Shown: piece by piece, positions 45,061 to 54,897 of the stretch | Numbering within the stretch: the stretch's first letter is position 1 | Layout: each line of letters opens with the position of its first letter | Source: an uncultured Dysosmobacter sp. | GTDB lineage: Bacteria > Bacillota > Clostridia > Oscillospirales > Oscillospiraceae | Assembly: GCA_963560095.1 (NCBI GenBank) | Contig: CAUWNE010000003.1 | Span: 4,828 to 68,827, forward strand | Direction: 5' to 3' | DNA: 64,000 bases | Position numbers and translations under genes: made by a program | The notes under the pieces: generated by a model | Told to the model about the DNA's origin: nothing | What the model saw: the letters and a program-made list of their open reading frames with translations, nothing else | The model's database searches: none

Positions 45061-46356
45061 TCAGCCCACATCGGCCTCCAGGCCGGCGTCGGGCTCGTCT
45101 ACGGACCGGATGTCCGCTCCCAGGCCCCGGAGCTTGGCGATGATGTCCTCATAGCCCCGCTCAATGTACTGCACCTGGGTGATCTCGCTGCGGCCCTGAG
45201 CCGCCAGGGCGGCGATGACCATGGCCGCGCCGGCCCGCAGGTCATAGGCCTGGATCGGCGCGCCGGTGAGATGGTCCACGCCCTCTACCACGGCGGTCTT
45301 GTCGTCCACCTGGATGCGGGCGCCCATGCGGCGCAGCTCGTCCACATAGCGGTAGCGGCTGCCCCAAACGCCCTCTGTCACCAGAGAGGTCCCCTCCGCC
45401 AGGGAGAGCACGGTGGTGATCTGGGGCTGCATATCCGTGGGGAAGCCGGGGTAGGGCAGGGTCTTGACATTGGTCCGCTGGAGCTTTCCTGTGCGGCGGA
45501 CCAGCAGGGTGTCTCCGTTTTCCTCGACCTCCACGCCCATCTCCACCAGCTTGGCGGTGATGCAGTCCATGTGCTTGGGGATGATGTTCTTCACCAGCAC
45601 CTGACCGCCGGTGGCGGCCACGGCGGCCATATAGGTTCCCGCCTCAATCTGGTCGGGGATGATGGCATAGGTGCCGCCGGTGAGACGGTCCACGCCGTGG
45701 ATCTTGATGGTGTCGGTTCCGGCGCCCCGGACATTGGCGCCCATGGAGTTGAGGAAGTTGGCCAGATCCACGATGTGGGGCTCCTTGGCGGCGCTCTCGA
45801 TCACCGTGACGCCCTCGGCCATGACGGCGGCCATCATGATGTTCATGGTGGCGCCCACAGACACCACATCCAGATAGACATTGGCGCCCTTGAGGCGGCC
45901 ATTTTCAGAGACGGCCCGGATGAAGCCGCCCTCCACAGTCACCTTGGCCCCCAGGGTGGTAAAGCCCTTTACGTGCTGGTCAATGGGCCGGGCGCCGCCG
46001 AAGTTGCAGCCGCCGGGCATGGCGACCTCCGCCTGGCCGAACCGGCCCAGCAGGGCGCCGATGAGGTAGTAGGACGCGCGAATGCGCCGGGCCAGGTCAT
46101 AGCTGGTCCGGGTGGAGCGGATATGGCGGCAGTCGATCTCCACCGTGTGGGGGTTGACGACGCGGACCACCGCGCCCAGATCCTCCAAGATCCGCAGGCA
46201 CATGGTCACGTCGGAGATCTGGGGAATATTCTCGATCCGGCAGACCCCGTCCACCAGCAGCGCGGCGGGAATGATGGCCACAGCGGCGTTTTTGGCGCCG
46301 CTGATCTCCACCTCGCCGTACAGGGGCTTTCCGCCCTCTACAATATATTTTGTCAA
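45061..46356 (-). CDS. murA: UDP-N-acetylglucosamine 1-carboxyvinyltransferase
   Basis: 431 aa. Full-length MurA pattern (GAKNAAV, catalytic PGGCNFGARPID). Confidence 0.95.
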   Translation of the reverse strand: MTKYIVEGGKPLYGEVEISGAKNAAVAIIPAALLVDGVCRIENIPQISDVTMCLRILEDLGAVVRVVNPHTVEIDCRHIRSTRTSYDLARRIRASYYLIGALLGRFGQAEVAMPGGCNFGGARPIDQHVKGFTTLGAKVTVEGGFIRAVSENGRLKGANVYLDVVSVGATMNIMMAAVMAEGVTVIESAAKEPHIVDLANFLNSMGANVRGAGTDTIKIHGVDRLTGGTYAIIPDQIEAGTYMAAVAATGGQVLVKNIIPKHMDCITAKLVEMGVEVEENGDTLLVRRTGKLQRTNVKTLPYPGFPTDMQPQITTVLSLAEGTSLVTEGVWGSRYRYVDELRRMGARIQVDDKTAVVEGVDHLTGAPIQAYDLRAGAAMVIAALAAQGRSEITQVQYIERGYEDIIAKLRGLGADIRSVDEPDAGLEADVG

Positions 46357-46566
46357 AGTATTGACCCTCTTTTCAAGCAGCTTGCGGCGGCAGACCGTAG
46401 GGATTGATACACAGTTTGCCCGCCGGGCGGCGCTTCATACCTGGCCGGCGGGATTTCCTCCCCCGGAGCACAGGCCGGCGCTCATACAACTTCAGCATAG
46501 CATATCTGCCCGGGAATTGCAAATGTTTCCTGACAGAGCGCAAAAAATGGAAGAATTGCACGGGCA

Positions 46567-47379
46567 TTACCCGGCGGATACGGTTCCGGTGATGCAGTTT
46601 ACATAATAGTCGGCGGTGTCGGTGGCGATCCGCCACATGGGGGTCAGGGACAGCGCGGAGGCGGTGGAGCCCTGGAGGGCATACCCCGGCTCCATGCCGG
46701 TGACGGCAGAGACCACCATATAGCTCTCCCGCCGGGCCTGTTGGAAGGCGGTGAGGGCTGCGGCGGCGGAGAGGGGCTTGCGGCTTTCCGATGCTGTGGT
46801 GCCGGACTCGGGCAGCAGCGTGCCGCTGACCGTCAGCAGCGTTCCCCGGTCAAAGGTGAAGGTCACCGTGCAGTTAAACACCGGAAGCTTTCCGTGGAAG
46901 CAGGCGGCCACAGCGGTCCCGGTGCCGTTTTTGTCCAGGGAGAACCGGGGCTCCGCCCAGGAAAACGCTTTGCAGAACCGGCGGCACAGGTCCTGGGCCT
47001 CCTCGCCGGAGGCCAGGGAGCCCACGATATCAAACCCGCCGTTGGAGCGGAACCGGGCCACGCCGGCGGGCGTGGAGTAGGTGCAGGTGTCGCCGCTCTG
47101 GTCGCCGGCGGGGACGGGGTTGCCCAGAAAGAAAGCGGCGGCAGCCCGCTCCCGTTCTGCGTCCCGGGCAAGGGAGAGGGTGGCGGGAGGGGTCTCCTTG
47201 GAGATGACGTCGGGGCTGAGCTCCATGCCGTCAGCGGCGAAGAGAGCCACCAGCTGGTCCTCCACCTGGTGCTGGGCCTGGGAGGAGGCGGAGTGGCGAA
47301 GGATCAGGGCCCCCAGCAGGAAGCCATTGACCAGCACCAGGATCAAAATGATGATATTTTTCAGCAGATAACGGTCCAA
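46567..47379 (-). CDS. Membrane-anchored extracytoplasmic protein, YycI-like by position
   Basis: One N-terminal TM segment (NIIILILVLVNGFLLGALIL). TTG start after GAGGAGG is proposed and uncertain. Follows the YycH-like gene. Confidence 0.45.
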   Translation of the reverse strand: MDRYLLKNIIILILVLVNGFLLGALILRHSASSQAQHQVEDQLVALFAADGMELSPDVISKETPPATLSLARDAERERAAAAFFLGNPVPAGDQSGDTCTYSTPAGVARFRSNGGFDIVGSLASGEEAQDLCRRFCKAFSWAEPRFSLDKNGTGTAVAACFHGKLPVFNCTVTFTFDRGTLLTVSGTLLPESGTTASESRKPLSAAAALTAFQQARRESYMVVSAVTGMEPGYALQGSTASALSLTPMWRIATDTADYYVNCITGTVSAG

Positions 47380-47401
47380 AGCAGCCTCCTCGATTCCATA
47401 T

Positions 47402-48679
47402 TCACTCCGCCAGCCACGCGGCGCCGGCAGTGCCCGCGCCGCTGTCGGCATAGCCGATGGAGAGCTCCGGACCCTCCTGCTGGGCGGCGATGGCCAGCGT
47501 CTGGCGCAGGGGCAGCAGCAAAGAAGTGCTTCCCGATACGGTGTACTGCCGGACCCGGAAGGTCATGGCGGACACCACGCCGTCCGTCACCGTGACCTGG
47601 GCGGCGCTTTCTCCGTCGGTAAAGCGGATGGGAATGCCGCCCACCTGATAGCCAAAGTGCAGGATCGTGCTGCCGCCGCTCTGGCGGATCTGCTCCAGAT
47701 AGAGCTCTGCGTCGTTCACCGTGGTCCCCAGCAGACTGTGGAGCAGGTCGTTCACCGCCCCGGCGGTCTCCAGCAGGGAGAGGGTCTCTCCGGCGGGGAC
47801 GATGGGCAGGGCGGGGGTCCCGCCGCCCTGATAGGTCAGGGTGCCGTCCGGGTGGAGCCGCAGGGTCCGGTCCCCCTCCCGGACCACCTCCGCACCGCTG
47901 GCGTCCACATAGCGGAACTGGGTGTTGGGGTTAAAGTCCAGGGCCAGCAGCTGGTCCGTGTCGGAGAGGGGAATGGCGATGGAGAGCTCCGGCAGGGCCG
48001 GCGGCGTCTCCAGAAACAGCGAGCAGGGGGCCGCCGCCTGGGCGTTGGGGTCCTGGCTTTCAAAGGCGAAGAAGGCGTTGCCCAGCTCATAGCGATTGAC
48101 GGTCTCTTCCAGAGTCTCTGGGGTCAGGGCGGTGGCACAGTGGAAAAACCCGTCTTCCCCGTTCCAGAGATACAGCGACACGGTGCCGTCATCCTCCTCA
48201 GCCACGATCAGCCGCCGGGCGGAAACCATGTCCTCGCCGTCATCGGCGCGGACCAGGTCCGCCACCACGGAGAGGGGCAGGGAGGTGAGAAAATCATAGT
48301 AGACCGAGGTCCGGTCCAGCGCGGCGAAAAAGGCCTGGCGGCTGCTGATGCTGTAATCCAGCGGCGGATGAAGGGCCTGCTCCAGCAGGCCCCGCAGGGG
48401 CTCGAAGGCCTCGTCGTCGGTGGTGAGGGTCACGCTGCCGTACCGGCCGTATGCGCTGGTGACCGCTGCCCGGACCGGCGCGGTGAGGGCAGTCTCCGTC
48501 ACTGCCGGCGGGGCGGGGGAGGGCAGGTCGCTTCCGGCCAGAAAGGACAGGGGCCCGCCGGAGCTCACGCCCAGATTATACATCTGCGTCCTGGCAAACA
48601 GCAGCACCGCGGATACGCACAGCAGGGCGATGGTGATATTCTGGATGAAGTCCCGGCGTTTCCGGGCATGTTCGTTCAT
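47402..48679 (-). CDS. Membrane-anchored extracytoplasmic protein, YycH-like by position
   Basis: N-terminal TM segment then a ~390-aa extracellular region, directly downstream of the WalK-like kinase. Confidence 0.5.
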   Translation of the reverse strand: MNEHARKRRDFIQNITIALLCVSAVLLFARTQMYNLGVSSGGPLSFLAGSDLPSPAPPAVTETALTAPVRAAVTSAYGRYGSVTLTTDDEAFEPLRGLLEQALHPPLDYSISSRQAFFAALDRTSVYYDFLTSLPLSVVADLVRADDGEDMVSARRLIVAEEDDGTVSLYLWNGEDGFFHCATALTPETLEETVNRYELGNAFFAFESQDPNAQAAAPCSLFLETPPALPELSIAIPLSDTDQLLALDFNPNTQFRYVDASGAEVVREGDRTLRLHPDGTLTYQGGGTPALPIVPAGETLSLLETAGAVNDLLHSLLGTTVNDAELYLEQIRQSGGSTILHFGYQVGGIPIRFTDGESAAQVTVTDGVVSAMTFRVRQYTVSGSTSLLLPLRQTLAIAAQQEGPELSIGYADSGAGTAGAAWLAE

Positions 48680-48698
48680 ACAGTTCCTCCTCCGGGCA

Positions 48699-50501
48699 TC
48701 AGCTCTCGGCGCCGCCGGCCTGGGACTGGCTGATGGGCAGGGTCAATCGGACCGTGGTCCCCTGGCCGGCATGGGGGGCCAGGGCGATGGTGCCATGGTG
48801 GCGGTTGACGATCTCCCGGGCGATGGAGAGCCCCAGGCCCGTGCCGCCGGACTCCCGGGACCGGGCCTTGTCCACCCGGTAGAAGCGGTCGAAGATCCGC
48901 TCCCGGTCCTTCTCCGGGATGCCGATGCCGTCATCAGAGACCTCCATCCAAACGGTGCCCTCGGTGGACCCGGCGGTGATATGGATGTGACCGCCGTCGG
49001 GGGTATATTTGATGGCGTTGCCGATGACATTCATCATCACCTGCTCCAGCCGGCTGCGGTCGCCCACGATCAAGGGCAGGCTCTCCGGCGGGTCATAGGT
49101 CAGCTGGTGCTGATGCTGCCGGGCATTGAGGGCGTTGGCCTGGAAGACGCTGTGGATGGCGTCGCCGAAGGGGAAGCGGGAGAGGACCAGCTCGGCGTTG
49201 CCGGCGTCCAGTCGGGAGAGGGTCAGCAGGTCCTGGACGATATGGGTCATCCGGTCCGTCTCTGTGATGATGATGTCCAGAAAGCTGTTGGCGGTATCCC
49301 GGGGGATGTCGCCGCCGTCCCGGAGGGTCTCGGCATAGCTGCGGACGTTGGTGAGGGGGGTGCGTAGCTCGTGGGACACATTGGCCACGAACTCCTTGCG
49401 CCGCTCCTCGTTGCGGTGCTGCTCCGTCACATCGTGGAGCACGATCAAAACGCCGCCCTTTTTGTGGTCAGAGAAGGGGGCCAGATACAGGTCCAGCGTC
49501 CGCTCCCCCACCCGCAGCTCCTCCTCGACATAGTTGGGCCGCTGGAGGGCCAGGACCTCTTCAAAGGGGTGCATGTCCCCCAGGAGCTCCTCATAGGTGC
49601 AGTCGGGCTCCACCTTCCGCCGTAGCAGGTCGTTGGCGGCGGGGTTGCAGTGGATCAGATGGCCGTCGTGGTCAAAGGCCACCACGCCGTCGGTCATGTG
49701 GAGAAAGAGGGTGTCCAGCTTGTCCCGCTCGTTCTCCACGGCGGCCAGGGTGGACTGGAGGACCCCAGACATCTCGTTGAAGGCGCCGGTGAGGATGCCG
49801 ATCTCGTCGGTGGACTCCACCGGCAGCTCGCTGTCAAAATCTCCGGCGGCCACCCGCTCCGCGCCGGCGGTGAGCTTTTCAATGGGGCCCACCATGGTCT
49901 TGGAGAGGAGAAAGCTCAAAAGCACCGCGATCAGCAATCCGATGATCAGGGCCTGCATGATGATGGTGAACAGCTGGCCGTTCAGGCCGGAGACCGTGTC
50001 CTTGGTGTCCAGGATATAGATGATAAAGGCGTTGCCGCCGCCGGTGATGGGCACGGCCACATCCATATAGTCGGCGGTGATGTCGCTCTCGTCGCCCACG
50101 GTGGTGAGGGCGCCGCTGGCGATGGCGTTCCGGGCGGTGAGCAGATTGGCGCTCTGCTCCCGGGGCAGGGAGGCCTGGTCGGCAGAGCCGGTGAGGTAGC
50201 TGCCGGAGACGCCGTCCAGCACGAAGTAATTCCGGGTCCGGTAGTCGATGCCCAGGGAGCCGGCGTTGGTGTTGAGCATCTCCTGGATCAGCTCTGCGCC
50301 GTTTTCCTCGGCGGCGGCGCTGCGTAGGTCCGTGACAAAGTCCCGCTGGTCCACGCCGAAGACGCTGTCCATCTGCTGATAAAAGGTCTCGATGTAAAAA
50401 TTGGAGACGCTGGTGGTCAAAAACGCGCCCACCACTGCCATCAGGGAGGTGATCAGCAGCAGCAGGATCAGCGTCAGTTTCATATGGAGGCTGCGGAACA
50501 T
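48699..50501 (-). CDS. Sensor histidine kinase, WalK-like (TM-sensor-TM, HAMP, PAS, HisKA, HATPase)
   Basis: H-box FVANVSHELRTPLT, N-box NVIGNAIKYT, G-boxes DDGIGI and GGTGLGLSI. Confidence 0.9.
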   Translation of the reverse strand: MFRSLHMKLTLILLLLITSLMAVVGAFLTTSVSNFYIETFYQQMDSVFGVDQRDFVTDLRSAAAEENGAELIQEMLNTNAGSLGIDYRTRNYFVLDGVSGSYLTGSADQASLPREQSANLLTARNAIASGALTTVGDESDITADYMDVAVPITGGGNAFIIYILDTKDTVSGLNGQLFTIIMQALIIGLLIAVLLSFLLSKTMVGPIEKLTAGAERVAAGDFDSELPVESTDEIGILTGAFNEMSGVLQSTLAAVENERDKLDTLFLHMTDGVVAFDHDGHLIHCNPAANDLLRRKVEPDCTYEELLGDMHPFEEVLALQRPNYVEEELRVGERTLDLYLAPFSDHKKGGVLIVLHDVTEQHRNEERRKEFVANVSHELRTPLTNVRSYAETLRDGGDIPRDTANSFLDIIITETDRMTHIVQDLLTLSRLDAGNAELVLSRFPFGDAIHSVFQANALNARQHQHQLTYDPPESLPLIVGDRSRLEQVMMNVIGNAIKYTPDGGHIHITAGSTEGTVWMEVSDDGIGIPEKDRERIFDRFYRVDKARSRESGGTGLGLSIAREIVNRHHGTIALAPHAGQGTTVRLTLPISQSQAGGAES

Positions 50502-50570
50502 ACGGCGCCACCTTCCCTTATGGAATCAGGGGCAGAGGAACGGTCCGGAGAGGGCCGCCCCCTGCCAACG

Positions 50571-51281
50571 TCATACTGCGAAGTAATAGCCCGCGCCCCG
50601 GCGGGTGAGGATAAAGGCGGGGTTGGCGGGATCGGCCTCGATCTTTTCCCGCAGCCGCCGGACGGTGACATCCACGGTCCGGACGTCGTCGCCCACGTAG
50701 CCGTAGTTCCACACCTGCTCCATCAGGTCCACCCGGGAGTAGACCTTGTTGGGGTGGCTGGCCAGGAAGGTGAGCAGCTCATACTCCCGCTGGGTCAGGT
50801 CAATGGCCTTTCCGGCCCGGTAGACCTGGTGGCTGTCTGTGTTGATGGAGAGATCCCCGGCCACGGGCATGGCGCTGGAGGAGGACGCCGCTGCCGCCGC
50901 CGCGGCCATGGCGGTGCGGCGGATGTTGGCGGAGACCCGGGCCAGCAGCTCCCGCATGGAGAAGGGCTTGGTGATATAGTCATCCGCGCCGATCTCCAGG
51001 CCCAGGACCTTGTCCGCCTCCTCCTCCCGGGCGGTGAGGATGATGACGGGCACGTTCCGGCCCTCCTGCCGGATCTGGCGGCACACGTCAAAGCCGTTCA
51101 TTTTCGGCAGCATCACATCCAGCAGGATCAGGTCCGGGTCCACGGTGCGGGCCTTTTCCAGGCCGTCGGCGCCGTCATAGGCCTCGGCGGTCTGATAGCC
51201 CTCCCGCTGGAGGTTGAAGCGCAGGATATCGACAATATTTTTCTCGTCCTCGACAATCAGGACGGTTTTGGGTTGATCCAT
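50571..51281 (-). CDS. OmpR/PhoB-type response regulator, WalR-like
   Basis: Receiver domain (VEDE...DLILLDVMLPKMNG) plus a winged-helix C-terminus (TRRGAGYYF). Confidence 0.9.
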   Translation of the reverse strand: MDQPKTVLIVEDEKNIVDILRFNLQREGYQTAEAYDGADGLEKARTVDPDLILLDVMLPKMNGFDVCRQIRQEGRNVPVIILTAREEEADKVLGLEIGADDYITKPFSMRELLARVSANIRRTAMAAAAAAASSSSAMPVAGDLSINTDSHQVYRAGKAIDLTQREYELLTFLASHPNKVYSRVDLMEQVWNYGYVGDDVRTVDVTVRRLREKIEADPANPAFILTRRGAGYYFAV

Positions 51282-51294
51282 AAGAGCCTCCTTA

Positions 51295-51843
51295 TCACAG
51301 GTTCAGCTGCACCTTGGCCTTGAGCACGGCGGCCACGGTCTTGGCGTCCTCGATCTCGCCGGTGAGACAGCGGTGGACCATCTCCTGGAAGGGTACCCGC
51401 TCCACCTGCAAAAATTCATCCGGGTCCAGGGCCTGCTCCTCCATTTTCAGCCCCCTGGCCAAAAACAGATGGAGGGTCTCGCCATAGCAGCCGGGGGCGG
51501 GCAGGATACGGCCCAGGGGCAAAAAGACATCCGGCACCGCGCCGGTCTCCTCTTTCAGCTCCCGCAGGGCGCCGGTGACCGGGTCTTCGCCGGGGTCCAG
51601 CTTGCCGGCGGGGATCTCCAGCAGCGTTTTGCCAAAGACATAGCGGTACTGGGTCACGGTCAGCACGTTGTTCCGCTCGTCCAGGGGCAGCACCGCCACG
51701 CCGTCTACGTGGTCCACCACCTCCCGGGTGGAGGTCTGGCCGTTGGGCAGCAGCACCTGGTCCACATGGACGCTGAGGATCTGGCCGTGGAACTTATCCT
51801 CCCGGCTGAGGGTTTTTTCTGTCAGGTCGATGGAGTCCGTCAT
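51295..51843 (-). CDS. NUDIX hydrolase (ADP-ribose pyrophosphatase-like)
   Basis: Nudix box GKLDPGEDPVTGALRELKEETG. Start at MTDSIDL. Confidence 0.85.
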   Translation of the reverse strand: MTDSIDLTEKTLSREDKFHGQILSVHVDQVLLPNGQTSTREVVDHVDGVAVLPLDERNNVLTVTQYRYVFGKTLLEIPAGKLDPGEDPVTGALRELKEETGAVPDVFLPLGRILPAPGCYGETLHLFLARGLKMEEQALDPDEFLQVERVPFQEMVHRCLTGEIEDAKTVAAVLKAKVQLNL

Positions 51844-51989
51844 GATATGACACCTCTTATAATTGATTGTTAGAATTTTGAAGCACTTTATTATACCACT
51901 TGCTGGCAGAGTTGTCAAAAATGCCCCCGGCCAATATGGCCGGGGGCGGGAAGGGGGGATGGGATGGATCATGCAGAGCAGAGGTTCGC

Positions 51990-52775
51990 TCAGGCCGTCA
52001 GGCCCCGGTAGAGGAACGTGACGATCTGGGCCCGGGTGCAGGGGGCGCTGGGGCTGAACGCGGTGGCGGTGGTGCCGGAGGTGATGTTCTTCATGGCGCA
52101 CCACTGGACGCTCTCAAAGTAGTAGGCGTCTGCCGGCACGTCGGTGAAGGGGCAGGGGAACATCCAGCTGCCGGTAAAGCCGCCGCCCTGGGCCTGTACG
52201 TTCCGATAGATGAAGGTGACGGCCTGGGCCCGGGTCACGGTGTCGTTGGGGCTGAAGGTGTCAGCCGTGGTGCCGGAGGTGATGCCCTGGGCCACGGCCC
52301 AGCGGACCGCCTCGGCATAGTAGGCGTCGGCGGGCACATCCGTAAAGCTCATGGCGTGATTCACCACCGGGGAGCCGCTGGCGCGCCACAGGAAGGTCAC
52401 CATCTGGGCCCGGGTGCAGGAGGCGTTGGGGCTGAACGTCTCGGCGGTGGTGCCGCCGGTGACGCCGTTTTCCACGGCCCACTTCACCGCGTCGGCGTAA
52501 TAGGCGCTCTCGGCCACGTCCACAAAGGGACTGCCCTGGCAGATAGCCCGGAACGCGGCGCTCAGGCGCACGTGGGCGTCAGGCATGGTGAAGGTGAATT
52601 TGCCATTTCCCTTGTCGGTGAGGTCCAGCTCCCGGCCGTCCCGCTGGGAGACGGTGAGATGGTCCAGCTCATAGCCCGGGTCGGGGGTGACGGTGACGGT
52701 CACGGTCTCGCCCTGCTCCGCGTACCGGGGGCTGACCTTGACGGCGCCGCCGGGGGTCTTGGCGGGCAGGGACAC
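51990..52775 (-). pseudogene. C-terminal part of a split surface protein: Ig-like repeat plus three SLH domains
   Basis: Three SLH repeats (FVDVAESAYYADAVKWAVENGVTGGT, FTDVPADAYYAEAVRWAVAQGITSGT, FTDVPADAYYFESVQWCAMKNITSGT). No RBS or signal peptide of its own. The frame continues upstream to a stop at 52836-52838. Confidence 0.6.
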
Positions 52776-54208
52776 GGTGTGGTCGTTGTCCGGCTCGGCG
52801 GGGGCGGGTCCTCCGGCTGGGGCTGGGGCTGAGGATCAGGCTGGGGCTGGGGCGGGGGAGTGGGGCCGGGGGTGGGCTTCACTTCGCCCTCGGGGGTCAC
52901 CGTGCCGCCGTTGGGCAGATCGGTGGTGGTGCCGCTGGAGTCGGTGACAGAGCCGCCGGAGCCCAGGATGATGTTGCCCAGGTTATCCACATAGTTGTCG
53001 CTGGTGCCATCGTCGGCGGGGTTGGTGCCCACGGTGATGGTGTTGCCGCCCTTTTGGATGGTAGAGCCGTCGGCCAGGTCGATGGCCGTGGTACCATTGG
53101 TGGAGGTGATGCTGGCCTTGGAACCCTCGGGGATCACCACCGCTGCGCCGCTGCCCACGGTGATGGCGGGCTTGCCGCCGGAGTTTTCGATGGTGCCGCC
53201 CTCTAAGGTCAACTTTCCGCCGCTGGCCAGATCGAAGATCGGGCCGGTGCCGCTGGCGGTGAAATCACCGGCTTCAACGGTGACGGTAGCGCCATCGGCT
53301 ACGCTGACCGCAGGGGTGCCGCTTGCGCCGTTGTCCAGCTCAACCTTGACCTCGGGGTTTTCAAGATTCGGATTATACACGGGCATACCGTTTTCATCAA
53401 ATTCCATAGAGGCGCTGGCGAAGAAGCGCAGTTCGCCGCCGTCCTCTACCTGAATCAGCGAAGCCGCGGAGGTGTCGTTTGCAGAACGCTTGACCTCGAA
53501 GTTAGCGATCTCCACCGTTCCGCCGTTTTTGATGATGATGGCACTCTGCCCATCAGGGGCGATCAGCTCGCTGGGAGGAGAAGCTACGAGCCCCACTGTA
53601 ACATTGTCGGTGCCGTCCAAAATAAGGCGTCCGTTTGCTCCGACCTCAGCCGGTTTGCCAAGCTGGACCACAAGTTTCTGCTGCTGTGTTTGTTGTGAAT
53701 TCACATTTCCGTTGAAAGTATTTTGCAGTAGAAGACCGCCGTTTTCGACAGACAGCCCATTCTTCAAATTCAGGGTTACAGTCTTGAAGACTTTATATGT
53801 ACCGACCTGCGCATACCGGCCATTGACCTCTAGTTTGCTTTCAAGGCTATGCTCCGTGCTCTTTGAATCTGCAATCATCATAGCAAAGGAACTTTCTTTG
53901 CCAAAGGCACATTTGCGTGTTTCTGGATCGGCAGAATCATAATATTTTGCTATCGTCTTATTGGCAGCAGGATCTTCAAAGATTGTATAAACGTCTTGAA
54001 ATGATTTGGCAGTTCTGCACGCACCTAGTGAGGTTCCCGCAGTATACTCAACTTCATCTCCAAAACTATTGAAATATGATCCATCCGCAAAAGGTGCTAA
54101 TACAAACTGGTGGCCTCTCGAATGGATATCGATTGCCTGGGCGGACGGCACCAGCATCCCGGCGGTCAACATGACAGCCATCAGACTTGCCAATGTTCGT
54201 TTCTTCAT
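52700..54208 (-). pseudogene. N-terminal part of the split surface protein: signal peptide, beta-helix-like G/T/S/N repeats, PQ-rich linker
   Basis: MKKRTLASLMAVMLTAGMLVPSAQA signal peptide. Linker PTPGPTPPPQPQPDPQPQPQPEDP, after which the frame decays into low-complexity read-through overlapping the SLH frame. Confidence 0.6.
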
Positions 54209-54328
54209 AGTTTCCTCTCCTCCGTTTCAAGTTATCTGTTCCAGAAAATACCGAATGGTTTATGCAGTTTCATTATAGTGAATATATTAGCCATAGTCAA
54301 TACTTTCACCATGTTATCTTAAACAAGG

Positions 54329-54571
54329 GTGAGAAGATTGATCAGTTATCGACCATTTTATGAGACCTTGTTTCGCAAGGGTGTGACGGAATATCACCTG
54401 ATCTATAAGCAGGGGATGGATTCCAATACCATCCACCGCATGAAGCACGGCAAGGCGATCACCGCCAAGACCCTGAACACCCTCTGCGAGATCTTGGATT
54501 GCTCCGTCAGTGACATTTTGGAGTACGTGCCGGACGCCGCCAGTCCGGAGAGGGCAGAAAACGACGCTTGA
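54329..54571 (+). CDS. Small Cro/C1-type HTH regulator, divergent from the surface-protein gene
   Basis: ISYRPFYETLFRKGVTEYHLIYKQGMDSNTIHRMKHGKAITAKTLNTLCEILDCSVSDILEY. Start uncertain (GTG or TTG). Confidence 0.7.
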   Translation: MRRLISYRPFYETLFRKGVTEYHLIYKQGMDSNTIHRMKHGKAITAKTLNTLCEILDCSVSDILEYVPDAASPERAENDA

Positions 54572-54646
54572 AGAGACACTACCCCGTGTCCTCCCAGCGT
54601 CGTTTTTTTGGCGTTTGGAGATAAAAAAACGCAGAGTATCCCCTTA

Positions 54647-54696
54647 CTCTGCTCTGCTCTGCTCTGCTCTGCTCTGCTCTGCTCTGCTCTGCTCTG
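54647..54696. repeat. Pentanucleotide microsatellite (CTCTG)x10
   Basis: Ten perfect tandem CTCTG units counted directly, in intergenic sequence between the HTH gene and smpB. Confidence 0.95.
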
Positions 54697-54897
54697 CTGT
54701 CAGTGTATTGCGGCTGGTCATCCCTGTCAACCCCCTCTTCCACATTGTTAGGATATCATATTCCGCCGCCGTTGAAAAGACCTTTTTTTCCAAAATCCGG
54801 GGAATTTCCGCCGCGATTCGCCCCGCCGCCGCCCCAGAGCGCCCCTTGCGCCCCGGCGGGAAGTGTGGTATACTAAAAAAACTTTCCAGAAAGGGAG

